A DNA stretch of 64,000 nucleotides from an uncultured Spirochaetota bacterium (GTDB taxonomy: Bacteria > Spirochaetota > Spirochaetia > SZUA-6 > Fen-1364), in NCBI GenBank assembly GCA_963734545.1, contig CAVTHO010000007.1:704001-768000 (forward strand). Reading direction: 5' to 3'. The notes beneath the pieces are model-generated. The model did no database searches. It was not told where the DNA came from and was given only the letters and a program-made list of their open reading frames with translations. The translations under genes and the position numbers were made by a program. Shown here one piece after another: positions 60,401 through 64,000 of the stretch; positions within the stretch are counted from its first letter, which is position 1, and the number at the start of each line of letters is the position of its first letter.

Positions 60401-61399
60401 GTACTTCTCTCCCTGCGTATCCAGCGTAATTGCCGGCGGCTTGACATCCCGTACGCCGAACGGCACGTTCACGCCCAGGCCGAATCCCCAGATCTTGTCG
60501 GCAAGCGGCGCTGCCGCAACGGTGGTCTTGAAGTCGGTCACCTCCTGCCCTGCCGTCTTCACTCCCAGGCCGCCGAGCTTCAAGGAAATACCGAAGCTGA
60601 ACGGGATTTGACGCGCCGGGTCCGAGCCGAATACCTGCCTCGAGTCGAACAGGTACGCGGCGTTGAGAAAGAAGATATCGGCCACCCCGAACTCCATTCC
60701 CACGTTCAGCCGGACGTTCTGGAGCGTGGGAAAGCTGACATCGGGTGCAAAGGAAAGGGAGAGCATGTCTGTCTTTACGAGGGCGAATGACACTCCAAGG
60801 GCCGGTGTGAAGGCGGGAGGTGTCCCGAAAGGTCCCGCGCCTGCGGAGTAGGCCCTGCCGATGTTGCGGAATGCTCCGCCCCAGCGGAAATCTTTCAGAG
60901 GTCCAAGATCCCCCAGCAGGCTGAGGAACCCGAGATCGAGCCCCAATCCCCAATCGCTCCCGGCCTCGAAACCAAGCCCCGCGCCAATGTAGAAATCCGG
61001 GAAAAGGTCCTTCGAGAACGAAACATTCAATCCCCCCAGGGTGCCCCAGTCGAGTCCCGGGCTCGTGAAGCTGGTGGTTGCGAACCGGCCGGCTGCGCTC
61101 AAGACTCCCACGTTGGTCGGCACAGTGACTCCCAGGTTGACTATGTGCCCGCCCCAGTCGAAGGGACTGACCTGGGCGAGCGCGATATACGAAAGGTCCA
61201 GCGTGACTCGCTGGCGGCCTGCCGAGACGGCAGGATTGAGGAGTGTGCCGGGGGGGCTCTCCAGGGTCGTCGACGCCGCCCCGCCTCCCAGGAACACCGG
61301 GGAGGAGAAGTCGAGAAATCCTGTTTCTGCCGACGCTCCGAAGGCAGCGCCGAGCAACAGGGCCACAGCGATGGTTGAGACACGGAATGTGTTTTTCAT
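57416..61399 (-). CDS. OmpA-family protein with eight FlgD-type Ig-like repeats and an N-terminal barrel-like region
   Basis: Signal peptide; repeats (F/I)SP...WDG...PDG.Y; C-terminal GHAN..LSKQRA..KNRRVEF. Confidence 0.85.
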   Translation of the reverse strand: MKNTFRVSTIAVALLLGAAFGASAETGFLDFSSPVFLGGGAASTTLESPPGTLLNPAVSAGRQRVTLDLSYIALAQVSPFDWGGHIVNLGVTVPTNVGVLSAAGRFATTSFTSPGLDWGTLGGLNVSFSKDLFPDFYIGAGLGFEAGSDWGLGLDLGFLSLLGDLGPLKDFRWGGAFRNIGRAYSAGAGPFGTPPAFTPALGVSFALVKTDMLSLSFAPDVSFPTLQNVRLNVGMEFGVADIFFLNAAYLFDSRQVFGSDPARQIPFSFGISLKLGGLGVKTAGQEVTDFKTTVAAAPLADKIWGFGLGVNVPFGVRDVKPPAITLDTQGEKYISPNFDGEKDDLVLPLAITDDRYVKGYRLIITDSSGAAVRTLQNKEDRPENRDVQNLLARLAYVKSGIAIPPTIRWDGTSDTGAVVPDGTYQYHVEAWDDNGNQGKSGTGTVVVKNTPPKVTLGASYLIFSPDGDGNKDTLPVQQAGTHEDTWAGSIQDITGQKVRTLTWTDSEPPAFAWDGKADTGALVPDGVYSYHVAATDRAGNSVAAQLDNIIIDTRPTPVQLAIDPSYFSPNGDGVKDVVTFGLKVPVATGIEKWSLAVSDDKGVARKSFSGAVTIPATISWDGHDDSGALLPEGTYKGTLTVLYVNGKNPKADSPLVTIKVTSPTASAKAEYDVFSPSGDSKRNTVTIFQDTSQELFWTGTFRNASGKDLRNLVWRGRADDKFEWDGRGDDGAFLPDGAYTYSLKATDQAGNTGSSSPITLRIDTEKKPVRVSTDLVYFSPFGGGTKTRIRLIPSLAVTTGVESSTIRVHRADGGVVRSYAGRSKAPDDVLWDGIDDAGKRVPDGRYTAELQVTYSNGSQPRAESTPFFVDNHVPQIDVSSAALLFSPTPDSKLAALTIKQSSSDEDLWEGEIRSSAGQKVRGWFWKGKAAEFAWDGKDENGNLMPDGYYTYAVKAQTKAGNTTTKELRGIQIDTRPTPVYVTASANGFSPNGDGFKDDITFATLLTLKDGVKGWKLSMVDAATGEQKTMTGLAPVPTSVTWDGKDQGGLKTAPDGLYAAVLQVEYNKGNLATARSAAFRLAVSPPKVELNLEGLPFSPDNDGVNDELTINLNVDDPIPIDSWSISIVDPEQHPFTSFAGKGAPSEKIIWNGTSGTGELVQSAEDYPLSFTIKDVLGNSITVQKLIPVDILVIRDGDRLKVRIASITFAANTADYVNVEADKALKNSSTIKRLAEIFKKYGSYKIQIVGHANLVNFDNPALAKQEQEQSLLPLSKQRADAIRSALVAQGIDAGRISSVGVGGAEPVVPFSDLDNRWKNRRVEFVLVRQ

Positions 61400-61446
61400 G
61401 ATTCCTCCCAGGCTCCCTTACAAAATAGCTCCCACGGATGGCGAAA

Positions 61447-61677
61447 TCAACGATCCGGAGGAAAACGTTCTGCCAGCTTTTCTATCTCCTCGATTGTCAG
61501 GCGGCTGAAGAGCGACTTCTCTATGCGCCGCAGCAATCCCTCGAGCTGGCCCTGCAATGCGCTTTCGCGCGGCTTAAGGATAACATAAAGCTCCCGTTCC
61601 TCATCCCTGCTGAGAATGACAGCGCCGCGGTACCCCGCGGATTCGGCATCGCGGTACCCCGCGGATTCGGCGCTCAT
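61447..61677 (-). CDS. Small hypothetical protein
   Basis: ATG overlaps the upstream TGA; helical C-terminus LLRRIEKSLFSRLTIEEIEKL. Confidence 0.6.
   Translation of the reverse strand: MSAESAGYRDAESAGYRGAVILSRDEERELYVILKPRESALQGQLEGLLRRIEKSLFSRLTIEEIEKLAERFPPDR
61626..61671. repeat. Tandem duplication with 24-bp period (CGCGGTACCCCGCGGATTCGGC x2)
   Basis: Read directly; the minus strand reads GAATC-CGCGG-GGTA-CCGCG; encodes AESAGYR twice. Confidence 0.88.
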
Positions 61678-62615
61678 AGGACCAGCTCCAGCCCTTCCTG
61701 GGCGCTTCGGATCTCGAGCGCGCCCGTGCCGAGCTGCTCCTGATGCCAGCGGGCGCTCCGGGCGATGCCGAATATCTTGCGGTCGTCATAGCGAGGCTCG
61801 TGGTGGAAGAGCACGAGTTTCTTTACTTTCCATTCGGTCGCGAGATTCACGGCCATTGTGTACGCGGTATGGCCAAAATCGAACTTGCCGAAGGATTCCT
61901 CCAGCGTGTACTGCGAGTCCAGGACGAGGAGATCCGCAGAATCAAAGAAGGCCCTGTTCTCTGCCCGCTGCTGGAACTCCCTGTCGGTGACCTCCGCATC
62001 CGTCGCAAAAATCATGCTCTTCCCGTTGTCCGTGATCCTGTACGCGAACGAGCCTCCGGGGTGATTCATTCTCTTCCACCGAATCTCCGCGCCTCCCATG
62101 CGCGCGCTCTCCCCCTGGAGATAGACGAACCGCAAGTCAGCCTGCATGGCGTCCATTGTGACGGGAAAATAGGGCGGTTTCATCTGGTCCCTGATGGTTC
62201 TCTCCACGGAAGGAAATGGGCTTGCGAAGATGAGCCGGTTCCCTTTTACCCAGGCAGGGGCGAAAAAGGGGATGCCCTGCAGGTGATCCCAATGAAAGTG
62301 AGTGAAGAGAATGGGGAACTCGCGCACCGGGTCGCTCTTCTTCTGCAGGGCGACTCCCAGGTCGCGCAGTCCCGAGCCGCCGTCCAGGATGATCAGCCGG
62401 TCGTCGTGCGTGCGGACCTCTATGCACGTGGTGTTGCCGCCTGTTGTGCCGAAGATGTAGGGGGGAAGGTTGGCGAGAAAAAGCTCGCGCGAGCGCGCGC
62501 TTTCGAGATCGGAGGGTCTCACCCTCTGCACAACCGCGGCGATCTTGCTCCGCACCTGTTCGGGACTCAAGGGTGTCGGAAGCGATCCTCGCACTCCCCA
62601 GAACGTCACTTTCAT
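61674..62615 (-). CDS. MBL-fold metallo-hydrolase
   Basis: FWGVRGS, GGNTTC, THFHWDHLQG, HPGG, DSQY, FGH, LFHHEP. Confidence 0.92.
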   Translation of the reverse strand: MKVTFWGVRGSLPTPLSPEQVRSKIAAVVQRVRPSDLESARSRELFLANLPPYIFGTTGGNTTCIEVRTHDDRLIILDGGSGLRDLGVALQKKSDPVREFPILFTHFHWDHLQGIPFFAPAWVKGNRLIFASPFPSVERTIRDQMKPPYFPVTMDAMQADLRFVYLQGESARMGGAEIRWKRMNHPGGSFAYRITDNGKSMIFATDAEVTDREFQQRAENRAFFDSADLLVLDSQYTLEESFGKFDFGHTAYTMAVNLATEWKVKKLVLFHHEPRYDDRKIFGIARSARWHQEQLGTGALEIRSAQEGLELVL

Positions 62616-62660
62616 CCCGCTGCCCTGCTCCCCCTCGAGCTTCCGCATCTCGCGGCGGTG

Positions 62661-63101
62661 CTACGCCTCGAGAAAACCTTCCTTCAGCCGCTGTTCCAGC
62701 CAGAACTCGATCTCGCTCCTTGGATGAAGGGCCCCTTTGCCCATGCCGGGGCACTGCCGTGCGTGATGTCCCCACTCCTCCGAGGAAGAGACGCACGCGC
62801 TCCAGAACGGGAAGCTCCGGCACTGAAGCGGCCGGGCCTCATAGACCGAGCATCCGCCGTTTTCCCAGAAAATGCAATCCAGGTTCGACTTTTCCTTCAA
62901 GCTGACACGCCGCACGATGCCGAATGAAACCCTGCGGCACCAGGTCCGCAGGAACTCCTGCCGCCCGGACCCGGTGACGCGGCTGAGTGTCTCCACATCC
63001 TTCTCCGAAAGGAATACATACCCGGGGGTGTGGCGGCAGCATTCGGAGCATCGCATGCATTCGAATTGAAGACCCGAGCCGTAAAAGACGTCACGACCCA
63101 T
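62661..63101 (-). CDS. YkgJ family cysteine-cluster (Zn/Fe-chelating) protein
   Basis: FECMRCSECC, CIFW..GCSVYEARPLQCRSFPFW, CPG. Confidence 0.9.
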   Translation of the reverse strand: MGRDVFYGSGLQFECMRCSECCRHTPGYVFLSEKDVETLSRVTGSGRQEFLRTWCRRVSFGIVRRVSLKEKSNLDCIFWENGGCSVYEARPLQCRSFPFWSACVSSSEEWGHHARQCPGMGKGALHPRSEIEFWLEQRLKEGFLEA

Positions 63102-63181
63102 CAGGCGACTTGCCTCTCATACACGTGCGTGAGCACGCCGCGATGAAAATGAAGAAGGATCGCGCACGCCCACGCGGGAGG

Positions 63182-63216
63182 AAAGAAAAAGCCTTCTGCC
63201 CGGTGCGGGAGAAGGC
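63182..63216 (-). terminator. Intrinsic terminator after tRNA-Tyr
   Basis: GCCTTCTCCCG-CAC-CGGGCAGAAGGC followed by TTTTTCTTT. Confidence 0.7.
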
Positions 63217-63219
63217 TCC

Positions 63220-63301
63220 TGGGGAGAGAAGGATTTGAACCTTCGAAGGCTGAGCCAACAGATTTACAGTCTGCCCCCTTTGACCACTCGGGAATCTCCC
63301 C
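63220..63301 (-). tRNA. tRNA-Tyr(GTA)
   Basis: GGGGAGA...TCTCCCC-A; anticodon arm GCAGA-CTGTAAA-TCTGT; long variable arm. Confidence 0.95.
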
Positions 63302-63472
63302 CTGCGGCGCACGCCGCGTACAACTTGACAGCCCTGCCACCGCTTGCTCCAGACGGCAAAGGCGTGCACTTTCATAATGAGAAACGCCTTCCTCTGTCAA
63401 GTGGCGACACCCATATGCCACGGAGTACCGTGGCCGCCCACCATGCGCACCATGAACACTTCCGGTGGCCAC

Positions 63473-63545
63473 AGCCACCTCTCGGACTTGAACCGAGAAC
63501 CTCGAGATTACAAATCACGTGCTCTGCCAGTTGAGCTAAGGTGGC
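63473..63545 (-). tRNA. tRNA-Thr(TGT)
   Basis: GCCACCT...AGGTGGC-T; anticodon loop TTTGTAA; T-loop GTTCAA. Confidence 0.92.
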
Positions 63546-63564
63546 GCTTGGAGATCAGCTAGCG

Positions 63565-64000
63565 CTATGCCAGCACCGGGGGAAAGTCAAGAGAGTCGAA
63601 TATGTCGCCATGCGAATACGTGAGGACTTCCGTGTAGTCGCGGAAGACCGCCACGGTGTGCTCGAACTGGGCGGAGAGGCTGCCGTCGGCGGTCACGAGC
63701 GTCCAGCCGTCGATGGACAGGCGCACGTCCCTGCCTCCCAGGTTGAGCATCGGTTCGATGGTAAAGACCATACCCGGCACGATGCGCATCCCCGTGTCGG
63801 CGGTGCCGAAATTGAGCACCATCGGATCCTCGTGCATCGCCCTTCCGATTCCGTGGCCGACATAGTCCTCGATCACCGAGCAGCCGAATCTCCGCGCGGC
63901 CTCCTGGATGGCCGCCCCTACGTCGCCGATCCTGTTGCCCGCAACCGCTGCGCGGATTCCTGCAAGGCTTGCTCTCCACGACGCCTTCTGCAGCCGCCTG
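63565..64000 (-). CDS. map: Methionine aminopeptidase type I, 5' part outside the window
   Basis: GHGIG..MHEDP, FTIEPM, DGWT, SAQFEHT. Confidence 0.95.
   Translation of the reverse strand, partial: RRLQKASWRASLAGIRAAVAGNRIGDVGAAIQEAARRFGCSVIEDYVGHGIGRAMHEDPMVLNFGTADTGMRIVPGMVFTIEPMLNLGGRDVRLSIDGWTLVTADGSLSAQFEHTVAVFRDYTEVLTYSHGDIFDSLDFPPVLA

Overview
GC-rich (roughly 65% by eye) chromosomal segment of a spirochaete (Spirochaetota), judged from flaA, a spiro-SPASM protein, a UPF0164 protein, and gene orders I recall from Treponema (amidase-GerMN-flaA; mltG-dnaG-rpoD-Zn ribbon-rnpB-TPR-mreBCD-mrdA-rodA). About 17 single-base frameshifts hit otherwise intact genes, including rpoD, mreB and mrdA, so they are most likely long-read assembly errors. 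Main contents: (1) a Listeria-type flavin/quinone extracytoplasmic electron transfer (FLEET-like) locus at 1-8.3 kb with no PplA, whose Ndh2 carries two internal flavinylation-like motifs and a 4-Cys insert; (2) a degenerate CheA and CheW-CheR pair opposite a REC-PilZ gene; (3) a flaA-linked spiro-SPASM/sugar-modification cluster; (4) a large Asp-box/Ig-HAMP-PP2C sensor, a TPR protein and a UPF0164 protein; (5) a Rex repressor fused to a NuoE-like [2Fe-2S] domain; (6) cell-shape and macromolecular-synthesis genes, an enlarged RNase P RNA and three tRNAs. The least expected signal is a family of short GAA(T/G)+GC-hairpin units amplified as head-to-tail arrays at gene junctions (22-nt period when intergenic, 24/27-nt when coding), with degenerate copies inside RNase P RNA. 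No CRISPR array, transposase or integrase was recognised.
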